A stretch of DNA of 64,000 nucleotides from Cyanobacteria bacterium P01_F01_bin.150 (GCA_039189765.1 JBCCYL010000020.1:18280-82279); one strand, 5' to 3'; shown: positions 19,315-30,129, counted from the first letter of the stretch. Notes: a model not told the origin generated them from the letters alone. Numbers and translations are program-made.

Positions 19315-21222
19315 ATGAACGGTCTGACTCAACGTTTTTTGGGAAAATGTTTGTGGCAATGGACATTGAGACAAGATAAGTGGCTACGAAATAGGCTGCG
19401 AGACCTGCAATCTTGTTGGATAAATTGTGACTGGAGCGATTGCCGCTTAGCGTCACGGGGGCTTGCAATGGCGATAGTGGTAGTGATGGCGATCGCCACA
19501 ACAGGGTGTAGCCTGGACAACTTTAAAAAAGAGTCCAGCCAAACGCCCCGGATTGTCACCAGCACCATCAGCGATCCCAAGACGTTTAATCCCATAACTA
19601 ACGATGTGTCTACAATTATCTTTGGACTCATGTATTCCAGCTTAATTGTGGAAAATGGAGAGACAGGAGAGCTGGAACCAACCTTGGCAGAAAATTGGGT
19701 TGTATCCGAAAACCAAAAAGAAATTATTTTTACCCTGCGAGAAGGGCTAAAGTGGTCCGATGGGGAACCGTTTACAGTAGACGATATTCTATTTACCTAC
19801 AACGACATTCTGTTTAATCCCAAGATCCCCAGTAGTATTCGAGATATTTTGCGGATTGGGGAACAGGGTCTTTTCCCTAGCGTTACTAAGGTGGGCGATC
19901 GCCAAGTTAAGTTCACCGTGCCTGAACCCTTTGCACCATTTCTTCGCTATGCTGGCGGTATATCCATCATGCCCAAACATGCATTGCAAGCATCCATTGA
20001 AACAACCGATGTGGAAGGCCAGCCCGAATTTCTTTCCACATGGGGAACTGATACGGATCCATCTCAAATTATTGGCAATGGTCCCTATCGTTTGGTGAAC
20101 TACTCCCCTGGCCAACGGATGATTTTTGAACGCAACCCTTATTATTGGAAAAATGCTCTCAATCCTGGCGGTGAACCCCAACCCCATGTTGAGAAGCTAA
20201 TCCAGCAAATTGTTGAATCCCTTGATTCGGCCCTACTCCAATTTCGCTCCGGCGGGATCGACGTCATGGGGTTGACGGCTGAGCAATTTTCTCTTCTCAA
20301 GCGAGAAACGAAAAAAGGCAAATTCACTATCTATAATGATGCCCCTCGTCCCGGCAGCAACTTTATTACATTTAATCTCAACACTGGCAAACGGGATGGA
20401 GTGCCACTGGTCGATCCGGCTAAATCACGCTGGTTTAATTCCCTTGAGTTCCGTCAGGCAGTGGCTTACAGTTTGGATCGGCAAACCATGATTAATAATC
20501 TATATCAAGGATTAGGTGAACCTCAGAATTCTCCCATTGCCGTTCAAAGTCCCTACTATTTAGAAGACGGTGAGCAGTACAATTACAACCTAGATAAAGC
20601 AAAGGAACTGCTGCTAAGTGCGGGCTTTACCTACGATGCCGACAACCAGCTTTTGGATTCTGACGGTAATCTAGTCCGATTTACCCTCAATACCAATTCT
20701 GGCAATACCCTCCGCGAAAAGATGGGGGCACAAATTAAGCAGGACCTGGCTCAAGTCGGCATTGAGGTGAATTTCAAGCCCATTACATTTAATACATTGG
20801 TGGATCGCGCTGCTAATACGTTGGATTGGGACTGTATTTTACTGGGATTTGGCGGAGGAACCGAGCCGAATGGAGGGGCTAACGTTTGGAAAACTCAAGG
20901 TTCTCTCCACATGTTTAATCAGGATGTCTTGGCCGAAGGTGAGACCCCTCTAACCGATCGCCAGGTGTCCAATTGGGAACTAGCCATTGAGAGACTCTAT
21001 ATTCAAGGAGCACAGGAGCTGGACGAGGAGAAGCGTAAGGCCATTTATCAGGAAGCCCAAAGATTAATTCAAGAAAACGTTCCGTTTATTTATTTGGTGA
21101 ACCCCCTATCGTTAATTGCGATTCGCGATCGCATCCAAGGGGTGAAATATACGGCCCGTTATTCGAGTCCTTTGTCTGGGGCCTTGTGGAATATTGACGA
21201 TCTGACATTACTCGAAGAATAA
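19315..21222 (+). CDS. ABC transporter substrate-binding lipoprotein, peptide/nickel family 5 (start uncertain)
   Basis: Lipobox-like ATTGC, SDPKTFNP, FTLREGLKWSDGEPFTVDD, GNGPY, ERNPYYW. Confidence 0.9.
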   Translation: MNGLTQRFLGKCLWQWTLRQDKWLRNRLRDLQSCWINCDWSDCRLASRGLAMAIVVVMAIATTGCSLDNFKKESSQTPRIVTSTISDPKTFNPITNDVSTIIFGLMYSSLIVENGETGELEPTLAENWVVSENQKEIIFTLREGLKWSDGEPFTVDDILFTYNDILFNPKIPSSIRDILRIGEQGLFPSVTKVGDRQVKFTVPEPFAPFLRYAGGISIMPKHALQASIETTDVEGQPEFLSTWGTDTDPSQIIGNGPYRLVNYSPGQRMIFERNPYYWKNALNPGGEPQPHVEKLIQQIVESLDSALLQFRSGGIDVMGLTAEQFSLLKRETKKGKFTIYNDAPRPGSNFITFNLNTGKRDGVPLVDPAKSRWFNSLEFRQAVAYSLDRQTMINNLYQGLGEPQNSPIAVQSPYYLEDGEQYNYNLDKAKELLLSAGFTYDADNQLLDSDGNLVRFTLNTNSGNTLREKMGAQIKQDLAQVGIEVNFKPITFNTLVDRAANTLDWDCILLGFGGGTEPNGGANVWKTQGSLHMFNQDVLAEGETPLTDRQVSNWELAIERLYIQGAQELDEEKRKAIYQEAQRLIQENVPFIYLVNPLSLIAIRDRIQGVKYTARYSSPLSGALWNIDDLTLLEE

Positions 21223-21242
21223 GCCACCCATGATTAGCTTTG

Positions 21243-21321
21243 GGGTATCAATTTTAGGTGGATGGTGTGGGAGCAAAGCGCCCACACCACTATTTAATCA
21301 GTCCGCTTTAGATCGAAACCC
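21243..21321 (+). repeat. ~80-bp structured dispersed element, subfamily A, copy 2
   Basis: GGGTATCAATTTTAGGTGG...TGGTGTGGG-loop-CCCACACCA...CCGCTTTAGATCGAAACCC. Confidence 0.85.
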
Positions 21322-21729
21322 ATTAGCTTTGCCCATGGGGAAACTCAGATAGGCTTCATGGAACTTAATTGATAATAAAAATTGCTTGATCAATGGTTAG
21401 GGGCAGTTTACGGTAAAACTATCTAATTATTGGCACGATGGTAGAAAAAGATAAACCAGGGGCCTAGGTCAACGTTTCCTAAGCTCTTATATCTTACTGA
21501 AATTCTCTAATTGATTTGCCCAAACGCGCTTTGAAAGATTGCCCAGAGCGTCAATACAGCGAAATGTTGCATAATCGCAACATTTCTAGAAAAAAGACTC
21601 AATTTTTCCCTAATAACGAGGGAATCTGTAGGACAATGCATCTGTCTAGGCATAAATCGCCTATGTAGGGTTCTCCCGCGCATGTAACACCGTTGCATTG
21701 TTAGTTAATACATCAACACGATATAAACC

Positions 21730-23361
21730 ATGAATGACCTATGGCTAAGCACACTTCCCGTGTGTTTTAGTTCCTCATCTGGAGGAGCTCTACTAGCCCA
21801 GTCTAATCCAGTGGGCAGCACTGTAGACTGGCTTAATCAACTACTTTCCCCTTTTATTGCTGCCATTCCAAATTTGGTGGGAGCATTCCTCATCCTCGTT
21901 GCTGGGTGGATTATTGCCACTGTTGTAGCGTCTATTGCCAAGGGAATCCTAGACCGTACTGATCTTGACAATAAGATTGCCGCTTGGGTCACCGGTCAAG
22001 CAACATCGGAGTTTCAAGTTGAAAAATGGGTATCAGCTATTGTCTACTGGCTGATTCTACTCTCAGCGATCACGCTGGCTGCGAATAATTTGGGTGTAAG
22101 TGGCTTTGGTGGGCCTCTGGGTGATATCTTCGGGGCGATCCCTCAAGTCATTGGTGCGGCGATCTTAGCTGGCTTAGCATGGCTTATTGCTTGCATTGCT
22201 AGAACATTGTTGATTAAAGCATTGGGCGGATTTAAGCTAGATGATAAGCTGTCTGCGGCAGGTGGCGCTGATGATGAAACGCCTTTCTTGGTAAACGAGA
22301 CTCTTGGAGATATCGTTTACTGGCTAATATTGCTCTTCTTCCTGCCCCTCATCCTTGGTGCGTCCCCAATACCTGCCTCCGTCCTATCTCCAGTGACGGA
22401 TATGGTCGGTGATGTTGTAGGCGCTCTTCCCAATATTCTCCATGCTGGAGCGATTGGTTTGGTGGGTTGGTTAATTGCCAAGGTCGTCAAGAACATTATT
22501 ACCAATGTATTGCGTTCCATCGGTGCAGATACATTGGACGATCGATTAGGCATTCCTGATAGTTTTGAGTTATCTACACTTGGTGGAACTCTTGCCTATA
22601 TTGCGGTATTGGTTCCAGCTATTGTCTCTGCCCTTGGGGCACTGCAAATCAAAGAGATTTCCGAACCCGCTACAGCAATGCTGAATGAAGTCACCACCTT
22701 CCTTCCTTTGATGATTTCTGCCGCGTTCATCATCGGTGTCTTCTATTTTATTGGTCGTTTGATCTCCGAGATTGTTGCGACATTCCTAGCGGGGCTTGGG
22801 TTTGACAACTTGTTTGAATGGTTGGGAGTATCTGGTCTCCAGTCCATGCTGCCTGAACCCACTACAGATGGAACACCTGAGCCTTACGTTCGTGAGTCCG
22901 AAGACCAAGGTTTGCAGGGACAAACACCTTCTAAGCTAGCAGGAACTTTAGTTCTGATTGGGTTCGTCTTAGTTGGTTTAAATACAGCAACTGATGTTCT
23001 TCAGCTTGAGCAGCTTACTGCGATTGTTGACAGCATTTTGGCCGTTGCCGTTCGTGTTTTGGGTGGTGTTGTCGTGTTTGCAATTGGTTTGTTCTTTGCA
23101 AATTTTGCATACCGCCTGGTCGCCAGCGCTGGTACGTCCCAGTCTAATATGCTGGCCCAAGCAGCTCGCATCTCCATTATTGTGTTTGTAGGTGCAATGG
23201 CGCTAGAGCGTATGGGCGTTGCTACTAGCATCGTCAACTTAGCATTCGGTTTACTATTGGGCGCTATTGCCGTAGCGATCGCAATTGCATTTGGTCTAGG
23301 TGGCCGGGATATAGCCAACGAAGAAATTCGTGGTTTCTTGAATAGCTTTAGAAGCCGTTAA
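21730..23361 (+). CDS. CmpX-like TM-helix-repeat membrane protein (mechanosensitive-channel related)
   Basis: Repeated IPNLVGAxLILxxGW helices; C-terminal AIAIAFGLGGRD. Confidence 0.82.
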   Translation: MNDLWLSTLPVCFSSSSGGALLAQSNPVGSTVDWLNQLLSPFIAAIPNLVGAFLILVAGWIIATVVASIAKGILDRTDLDNKIAAWVTGQATSEFQVEKWVSAIVYWLILLSAITLAANNLGVSGFGGPLGDIFGAIPQVIGAAILAGLAWLIACIARTLLIKALGGFKLDDKLSAAGGADDETPFLVNETLGDIVYWLILLFFLPLILGASPIPASVLSPVTDMVGDVVGALPNILHAGAIGLVGWLIAKVVKNIITNVLRSIGADTLDDRLGIPDSFELSTLGGTLAYIAVLVPAIVSALGALQIKEISEPATAMLNEVTTFLPLMISAAFIIGVFYFIGRLISEIVATFLAGLGFDNLFEWLGVSGLQSMLPEPTTDGTPEPYVRESEDQGLQGQTPSKLAGTLVLIGFVLVGLNTATDVLQLEQLTAIVDSILAVAVRVLGGVVVFAIGLFFANFAYRLVASAGTSQSNMLAQAARISIIVFVGAMALERMGVATSIVNLAFGLLLGAIAVAIAIAFGLGGRDIANEEIRGFLNSFRSR

Positions 23362-23395
23362 GACCTTTTAAAGCTATTCAAGATAATTTTGCTTG

Positions 23396-23427
23396 AGGGC
23401 AGATACGTTAGTATATCTGCCCTTTTT
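23396..23427 (+). terminator. Rho-independent terminator
   Basis: AGGGCAGATA/TATCTGCCCT stem followed by a T run. Confidence 0.75.
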
Positions 23428-23437
23428 AGATATCTGC

Positions 23438-23472
23438 GTAGGGTGCCGTGTAGGCGATAGCCGTAACGCACC
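23438..23472 (+). repeat. GTAG-type REP-like palindrome
   Basis: GTAG followed by imperfect stem GGTGC...TAACGCACC. Confidence 0.6.
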
Positions 23473-23498
23473 AAGGAGGGGATCTGCTAGAAAATAAA

Positions 23499-24287
23499 TT
23501 ACCCTGCCCTGTCCATTGCGTCTAAATAATCTAAGGCAGCGTCTAGTTTGGATGGATAGTTGACCGCAAAGGATTCAAACCAAAAGCCTTCGTCAGAATT
23601 GGGGTCAAGCCCCTTTAGCCAGATTTCTGCTTTTTTGAGCAGCTCAGCTTTTCGCTGTTCTTCAAGTTGACGCTGGCGGCGTTCTGCGGCAAGCTGCTGT
23701 TGACGAGCCTGCTCTTCGAGTTGACGCTGGAGGCGGCGATCTGCTTCCAGAGCTTCCTGACGCTGGCGTTCCCGCTCTGCCTCTTCTGCCGCATATTGCT
23801 GCTTCACCTGATTGAGAACGCTATCAGTTGCCCCTGTCTTATTTATTGGCCGTGAGCTAGCTGAAGTAAAACTAACTGGGAGTGTACTGGAAGGAATTGA
23901 AGCCGAAGACGATGGCTCTGTTACTGAAGAATAATCACTAGATTCACGCACCGTTGAAAAGGGAGTAGGTGGTGGCGTTTTTTCTTTGGGCGTAACGCCT
24001 AAATCTGCTAACAAATCATCAATCGAGTCTGCTTTGTTAAGGAGGGGACTTGTCGAATTTGCAGCGTCTTCCCCCTGATTAGATAGCTTATGGTTAGGGC
24101 GTTGTGAAGATTGGGTAGGCGATCGCCCTGGGGAAGAAGAACTGTTGGACGATGCCTTTTGGGCAGATGGTGAACTCGTTGATGATGCGTTTGCCGATGA
24201 TGGATTTGCCGATGATGAGGGCACATTTGTTTTCTCATACTCTTGCTTAATGGCATTGAGTAAATCGTCTACAGATTGCCCCATCAC
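23499..24287 (-). CDS. Slr1339-family (salt-stress) hypothetical protein
   Basis: SVDDLLNAIKQEY; C-terminal AEIWLKGLDPNSDEGFWFESFAVNYPSKLDAALDYL. Confidence 0.75.
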   Translation of the reverse strand: MMGQSVDDLLNAIKQEYEKTNVPSSSANPSSANASSTSSPSAQKASSNSSSSPGRSPTQSSQRPNHKLSNQGEDAANSTSPLLNKADSIDDLLADLGVTPKEKTPPPTPFSTVRESSDYSSVTEPSSSASIPSSTLPVSFTSASSRPINKTGATDSVLNQVKQQYAAEEAERERQRQEALEADRRLQRQLEEQARQQQLAAERRQRQLEEQRKAELLKKAEIWLKGLDPNSDEGFWFESFAVNYPSKLDAALDYLDAMDRAG

Positions 24288-24335
24288 ACTATAACTCCTT
24301 GTTCCTGTCCTTTTTCTTGGATCGATGCGCGACTC

Positions 24336-24392
24336 GGTGAAACAAAGTTAGCAATAGTGGGGTCGCTTTGCAACCCCACTACTCCTCTAAGG
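24336..24392 (-). repeat. Structured dispersed element, subfamily A, copy 3 (termini eroded)
   Basis: Reverse complement TTAGAGGAGTAGTGGGGT-loop-ACCCCACTATTGCTAACTTTGTTTCACC matches the family core. Confidence 0.65.
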
Positions 24393-24419
24393 CTATTTCT
24401 GAAAAAGAATGTACCGCTT

Positions 24420-24450
24420 GTAGGATGGGTTAGCAACGGCGTAATCCATT
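24420..24450 (+). repeat. GTAG-type REP-like palindrome
   Basis: GTAGGATGGGTTA-GCAACGGCG-TAATCCAT. Confidence 0.65.
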
Positions 24451-24514
24451 ATCGTTGGTATATTTATTTCGCGAAATCGCCTAAAGTTGATACCTCTTTA
24501 ACGCGGACACAGAC

Positions 24515-25129
24515 CTAGTCTTCAATCGCTTTCATCAGTAATTCCACAATACTGTAATTTTCCATGTCTTCAAACGTGACGGTGTCACAAATATCAAACT
24601 TAGCCCCTACATCCTGTAGCTTGTCATCGAGGGCTTGCAGAAACTGAGTCGCTCCCGAGTCAGTACCAATTTGGAAAAAGCTAACGGCTAGCTCTTCATC
24701 TCGGTCCATGCGTTGAGTCGTATCCACAATTGTGCGCATCACTGATGCGGGATCATTGGGAGCACCATCAGTAATCACTAAAATTGTTTCTCCTTCAGGC
24801 TGACCTTCTCCAGATGCCTTACGCTGAAAGTAACTTTGGAAGGCGTCTTTCAAAACATCTGTTAGATTCGTGGTCCCCATGGGATCATTCTCTAGAAAGA
24901 TTTGGCTGACTTTTTCAGCAGTAACATTGTCATAGCGCTTAAAGCGGCCAGCAAATAGATATACCGTAATCCCATCGGGATCAAGCTGTTCGATTTTACG
25001 AGCAACCGCTTGGGTTGACTCCTGGACCGCTTCCCATCGGGTTTTGCCTCCGGGTTGGTCACTGGCGGACATGCTGCCACTCTTGTCAATAATGATGGTG
25101 TAATCGCGGTTCATAAGCATTTTGTTCAT
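24515..25129 (-). CDS. von Willebrand factor A (vWA) domain protein
   Basis: MIDAS motif IIIDKSGSM, ILVITDGAP, FLQALDD. Confidence 0.9.
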   Translation of the reverse strand: MNKMLMNRDYTIIIDKSGSMSASDQPGGKTRWEAVQESTQAVARKIEQLDPDGITVYLFAGRFKRYDNVTAEKVSQIFLENDPMGTTNLTDVLKDAFQSYFQRKASGEGQPEGETILVITDGAPNDPASVMRTIVDTTQRMDRDEELAVSFFQIGTDSGATQFLQALDDKLQDVGAKFDICDTVTFEDMENYSIVELLMKAIED

Positions 25130-25268
25130 GATGAGGCATATGGATAAATTTGATAATGACAGGCAATAGACATCTCGTAGCGGTTCACGTCTTCTAAGTC
25201 TGTCGTAGCCTATTTATATCAACCACCATTTTATCGGGGTTTACGAAGGGCTGAGGGTGAGGGTTTCC

Positions 25269-27608
25269 CTACTGGATGGGGTCTTTTTCTAAATTCCAAA
25301 TTCGAATGGAATGACTCCCCCTTCCCGCAGCCAGGATTTGCCAGGTTGATCCGGTAAACCGTATTGCGACTGTGTTGACGAACGTATTCTGCCACGGGAT
25401 TGAGGTCAGCAAAGATTGGGACGGCAGATCCCACACCCGAATCGTTTGATCTGCACTGGTACTGACTAAATGCTGGCCATCAAGGGTGATCGCCAATGCA
25501 TTGACAAAACTGGTGTGTTGCTCAAGCGTATGCAGAGGTTCGTAGGTTAGCGCGTCCCAAATTTTAATTTGATGATCAGCCCCACCACTGATAACGGTAC
25601 TGCCATTTAAACTAAAGGCGAGTGTGTTGATAAAGCTCTTATGACCAGTCAGCGTAGCAATATTTTGATAGGTTGCCAAATTCCAAAGTTTGATGGTGCG
25701 ATCGGCAGCACCACTGGCGAGCAACGTACCATCGGGGCTAATCCTAAGGGCATTTACAAAACTACTGTGACCAGTCAGCGTCTCTAGCTCAGAATAGGTT
25801 GTTAGATCCCAGATTTTAATCGTTTTATCTGCACTAGCACTGGCAAGCCGCTGACCATCGGCAGTAATTGCTAGGGCATTAATCGGGGCACCATGTCCAG
25901 CGAGATTGGCGATCGCCTCACCCGTCAGGGGATTCCAGAGCTTAATGAGCGTATCCCCGCCCCCGCTTGCAACCATCTGGCCGTTGGGACTAATGGCAAC
26001 GGCCTGGACGCGATCGCGATGGCCAACCAGCCGTCGCATTTCTGAACCTGACACTAAATCCCACAGACGCACCGTTCGATCATCGCTAGCGCTGGCCAGG
26101 AGACGCTGATCCAAGCTAATGGCTAAGGCATTAATCGCCGCTGTATGTCCATCCAAAGCGCTGGTCGCCGTAAAAGAAAGGGCGGAAGAGACTTCAGGAG
26201 CATCTAACTCAGAGTTTTTCACGACCTCGGGAGCATTGCCAGGGGTCTGAATAGCTGATAAATAGAGCGATCGCCCTCCCCAGAAAATAAGGACGCCCCC
26301 TAAGCTAAACAAAAGCCCCATCCCTATTCGCGTTAACCAATGCAATACCCACTGCGTTGACGCAGCTTGGATCTGAGTCGCGTCGGGCTGTACAGTGGTG
26401 CCGAAATTCTGGCTACGTCTTTTTACGCCTGCCCTAGAAGCAGAGGGAGTGGATGATGCCTTCCTTTGAAAAATAGATGAGTCAGCATTTGATACTGGCT
26501 GTCGTTCATCTTGCCGAGATTGCGCAGATAAGGACTGCATGGATTCAATAAACGTATGATCGGGAGGTAGAGTCGCCGATCCGTCCAGGCTTGGGTCCAG
26601 GGAAGAAGATGCTGGAGCTGGTGGAGGAGCAGAGGGAAAGGATGAACTCAACCGTTCCGCAGAGGCAGTATCATGGCTTGTCAAAGTACTATTAGCGTCC
26701 TGCAAATCAGCCACTCTAGCCAAAATTTCCAGGGTGTTGGGAGGGCGTTCAATCACTCGAAAAGCAGTCAATTGATCAATAAAATCTGCCAGACCAGAAG
26801 AAATATGGGGAGCAAAGGGCCGCCAATGAAACTCATTGGTCAATGCATCATAAATATCAGGGTCTAGAGGCTTCCTGCCAGTGAGGAGATAAATAAACGT
26901 GCAGCCCAGGGAATAGAAATCAGACTGAGGCACTGCCTTGCCACGCTCTTGCTCTGGTGCGGAATAGCCGACGGAACTAATGCGGGTGATTCCACCAGTG
27001 GATTCTAGCTGCTCAAAATAGGTGTAACTCACCTCACGCACAGCCCCAAAATCCACCAGAACGAGCTGGCCACTGGAGCGGAGCATAATATTATCAGGCT
27101 TGATATCCCGGTGAAAGTATTGTTGTTGATGAATTAAGTGTAATACTTCGCTTAGCTGTTGAAGCCATCGCAATGCCTGATGTTCACTAATGGGATGGTT
27201 GCCCTGCTGATGCATCCACTCACTCAGATTAGGCCCATCAATCTTTTCCATTACGATGCAATAGATTGGCTTGGCTTCCGGAGTAGGCGTAATTTGAAAG
27301 CAGCCTGCTGGTTCAATTTTGGGCACACCAGGATGCTGCAAGCGACTGAGCACAAGCGCTTCTTGTTCAAAAAGCTGTATGGCTTTTTGATGCTGACTAT
27401 GATCGGGCTTCAAAAGTTTAAGAATCTTGGGTCGATCGCGCTCAAAAGCTTCATAAACTAGACCAAACCCACTGTTGTTAGTCAGCAGCCGCATGACTCG
27501 GTAGCGCCCCTGAATGATTAACTCTGCTCCGCAGATGGAGCAGTGAGATTGGCTGTCATTATTGGAGTGGTTCGGCTGGGGGCAGTTCGGGTTGATGCAG
27601 AGGGTCAT
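25269..27608 (-). CDS. Ser/Thr protein kinase with 4-Cys prefix, TM helix and WD40 repeats
   Basis: MTLCINPNC; HRDIKPDNIM, DFG, APE; about 7 GH..WD repeats. Confidence 0.93.
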   Translation of the reverse strand: MTLCINPNCPQPNHSNNDSQSHCSICGAELIIQGRYRVMRLLTNNSGFGLVYEAFERDRPKILKLLKPDHSQHQKAIQLFEQEALVLSRLQHPGVPKIEPAGCFQITPTPEAKPIYCIVMEKIDGPNLSEWMHQQGNHPISEHQALRWLQQLSEVLHLIHQQQYFHRDIKPDNIMLRSSGQLVLVDFGAVREVSYTYFEQLESTGGITRISSVGYSAPEQERGKAVPQSDFYSLGCTFIYLLTGRKPLDPDIYDALTNEFHWRPFAPHISSGLADFIDQLTAFRVIERPPNTLEILARVADLQDANSTLTSHDTASAERLSSSFPSAPPPAPASSSLDPSLDGSATLPPDHTFIESMQSLSAQSRQDERQPVSNADSSIFQRKASSTPSASRAGVKRRSQNFGTTVQPDATQIQAASTQWVLHWLTRIGMGLLFSLGGVLIFWGGRSLYLSAIQTPGNAPEVVKNSELDAPEVSSALSFTATSALDGHTAAINALAISLDQRLLASASDDRTVRLWDLVSGSEMRRLVGHRDRVQAVAISPNGQMVASGGGDTLIKLWNPLTGEAIANLAGHGAPINALAITADGQRLASASADKTIKIWDLTTYSELETLTGHSSFVNALRISPDGTLLASGAADRTIKLWNLATYQNIATLTGHKSFINTLAFSLNGSTVISGGADHQIKIWDALTYEPLHTLEQHTSFVNALAITLDGQHLVSTSADQTIRVWDLPSQSLLTSIPWQNTFVNTVAIRFTGSTWQILAAGRGSHSIRIWNLEKDPIQ

Positions 27609-27628
27609 GACAAATGCTCAGTAAAGCC

Positions 27629-28657
27629 CTAGAAATGTTGGAAACCATGCTCAAACTCTAATATTTCGTCAGGCAATTTTCCACTAGGATCGGTCAGAAC
27701 AACGTTAGTGGTTTCTGTTACTTTACCAATGATGCGGGCAGGCGAATCAAGGACTTTAATTAAGGATTGGGCGATCGCCTCTTCACAACACAACACCAGC
27801 TCAAAATCTTCTCCACCATACAGCGCCCAGTGCAGGCTTTGGCATGGCGATCGCCATGTTAATACCTCCGGAGCAATGGGAATGGCCAAGCGATCTAATA
27901 CAGCACCAACTTGGCTCGCTCGACAAATTTGTAGCACCGCATCAGCAAGACCATCGCTACTGTCCATCCCCGCAATTCGCCCCTTCTGCATGTCAGGAGA
28001 ATTTGACTGACAGACTTGGTCAATGATTGAAATTACGTCTAAACGAGGCTGGGGACGCTGGTGCGCCTCAATTAGATAGCTATGGGATTCTGAGTCTACA
28101 GATATTGCCAATTCTGGCTTCAAAAGAAGCTCTAGCCCTGCCCGTGAACTTCCATGGAATCCGGTTACCCAAATAACATCTCCGGGCTGAGCACTAGCAC
28201 GATAAATTGCGTTGCCTGGTAAAACCTGACCATAGGCAGCGATCGCTACCGTCATTAGCGATGATCGACAGACATCGCCGCCAACAATGGGCGTTTGAAA
28301 CTGGCTTAAACAGTCTTGGAGCCCCTGATAGAACTCGTCTAAATCTGCCACTAACAAGCCGGGTGGAAGAGCCAAGCCAACCGTGATTCCCAGTGGCATG
28401 GCCCCCATTGCGGCAATGTCAGACAGATTGGCAGCAGCAGCGCGCCATCCAGCATCGTAGGGAGAAGTCGTGTGGACCGCTGGGGTCGCAAGGCCCCAGC
28501 TAAAATGCACTCCATCAACCAATACATCTGTAGTCACCACTAATTTGTGGGACTCAGATATGGAAACCAGAGCCGCATCGTCTCCAACCACATGGGAAGG
28601 ACAAAATGCCTGGAGACGCTTTAGCAGCCCTTGCTCTCCCAAGTCCCGGACCTGCAT
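27629..28657 (-). CDS. thiL: Thiamine-monophosphate kinase
   Basis: GDDAA, DVLVDGVHF, NLSDIAAMGA, DSSDGL, GGEDFELV, GFQHF. Confidence 0.95.
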   Translation of the reverse strand: MQVRDLGEQGLLKRLQAFCPSHVVGDDAALVSISESHKLVVTTDVLVDGVHFSWGLATPAVHTTSPYDAGWRAAAANLSDIAAMGAMPLGITVGLALPPGLLVADLDEFYQGLQDCLSQFQTPIVGGDVCRSSLMTVAIAAYGQVLPGNAIYRASAQPGDVIWVTGFHGSSRAGLELLLKPELAISVDSESHSYLIEAHQRPQPRLDVISIIDQVCQSNSPDMQKGRIAGMDSSDGLADAVLQICRASQVGAVLDRLAIPIAPEVLTWRSPCQSLHWALYGGEDFELVLCCEEAIAQSLIKVLDSPARIIGKVTETTNVVLTDPSGKLPDEILEFEHGFQHF

Positions 28658-28666
28658 ATCGAAGGC

Positions 28667-29899
28667 TTAAGCGTGGGGCTTAAGATTTTCAGCACCATCA
28701 ATCACTCGGATAGATTTGATGCGATCGCCGACTGCAAACTTATCAATAATTTCCTTATTTTCGACAGCATAGCCAAAGACCGCATATTCCCCATCCAACA
28801 TATTGATGCCCGCAGGGGTCATCTCTGTTTGAAACTTAAGGAAAAAGAATTGGGATGAACCACCATTTACATTTGAGTCAGGACGAGCCATGGCCAGTGT
28901 GCCAAACGCAGAGAAAGGTAGAACAGGATCATCCAAGGTAATACCCATCTGCTCCATCGTAAAGCCATACAAAGGATCTTTATCGCCTTGGACCAAAACC
29001 TCAAGAGGAACTGTCCGCTCTTCCCCAGTTTCAGGATCAATAAAGCCATCTTCAGGACCGTCTGGATCACCTGCCTGCACCACATAGAAGTCTTCTACTC
29101 GGTTAACCGATGTGCCGTCATAAAAGCCACGTTGGACCAGATCAACAAAATTACCAGCAGTCAGCGGTGCGCTGTATCCGTCTAAAACGATGGTTGTTTT
29201 ACCGTAATCCGTCTCCATTTCAACGGTCGCTCGACCCAAGAGGCGGGGAAGAGCATCGTACTCTTCCGGGATTTCAAACGGAAACTCAGTCACCATCAGC
29301 TCTTCGATACGACCAATTGCCTCCAAAACTTCCAGGCGCTTGGGATAAATGGCGTTGCGATCGCCTTCTTCCACATAGCTCAGCAGTGCACCAACGCCCT
29401 CTTCTACTTGCCCCAATAAAGCCGTAGCGGCTGGCTTACTAGCATCAGGGACCGCCTCTAGAATCTTCTCTGGTTTTGACAAGATTTTGTTTGCAAAGGA
29501 TAGATTTCGCTTCACAGAGGACAGGGGTCGCTTACCTTGAATCCTCAAAAGATTAGAGATTTCCTCAATCTTCCCTTGAATCTTGCGAATGGGCAAGTTA
29601 TCGATAGGCAGTGAATAGCGAAGTAAGGCTTTTCCATCAGTAATTGCATTTCCAGGTGGAAGATAGCTAATCAAGCCAGCATTATTCAACTTAGCCAAGC
29701 GATGACCGAGGGCAGAATGCTCAACATCAGCATTCAAGGTAGAATCAGCCCCTGCTTCCATATCTATGTGATCAGGTAGTAAAGCAGCCATTGCCCCATT
29801 AACCAGGGGGACACAGGCGAATAGCATTGCCATTACGATTGTCATTGCGGTGGCTGTCAATGACATTTTTCTCAATAATAAGGATATGTGAGACATCAT
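28667..29899 (-). CDS. Cyclophilin-type peptidyl-prolyl isomerase, CYP38/TLP40-like
   Basis: LPPGNAITDGKALLRYSLP, LPRLLGRATVEM, DGYSAPLTAGNFVDLV, GSSQFF; start trimmed from the 477-aa ORF. Confidence 0.9.
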   Translation of the reverse strand: MMSHISLLLRKMSLTATAMTIVMAMLFACVPLVNGAMAALLPDHIDMEAGADSTLNADVEHSALGHRLAKLNNAGLISYLPPGNAITDGKALLRYSLPIDNLPIRKIQGKIEEISNLLRIQGKRPLSSVKRNLSFANKILSKPEKILEAVPDASKPAATALLGQVEEGVGALLSYVEEGDRNAIYPKRLEVLEAIGRIEELMVTEFPFEIPEEYDALPRLLGRATVEMETDYGKTTIVLDGYSAPLTAGNFVDLVQRGFYDGTSVNRVEDFYVVQAGDPDGPEDGFIDPETGEERTVPLEVLVQGDKDPLYGFTMEQMGITLDDPVLPFSAFGTLAMARPDSNVNGGSSQFFFLKFQTEMTPAGINMLDGEYAVFGYAVENKEIIDKFAVGDRIKSIRVIDGAENLKPHA

Positions 29900-30129
29900 C
29901 CGTCGAAGAAACGCCTGCAAGGTAGAAATACAAAATTTAGTCAAATAGCGTGGGCGCTTTATAACCTTACGAATGCTTACTTTGGTCCGCTTTAAAGCGG
30001 AGCCCAAACTAGAGAAAGAAGTCATTGAATGGGAATTGAACGAATACGACAGGAGCCAAAAGCCATCTCTCATCATCCCACAGGCAGGGGACAGACACAT
30101 AACTTAAAGTTTTAATCCTCTCTATAATC

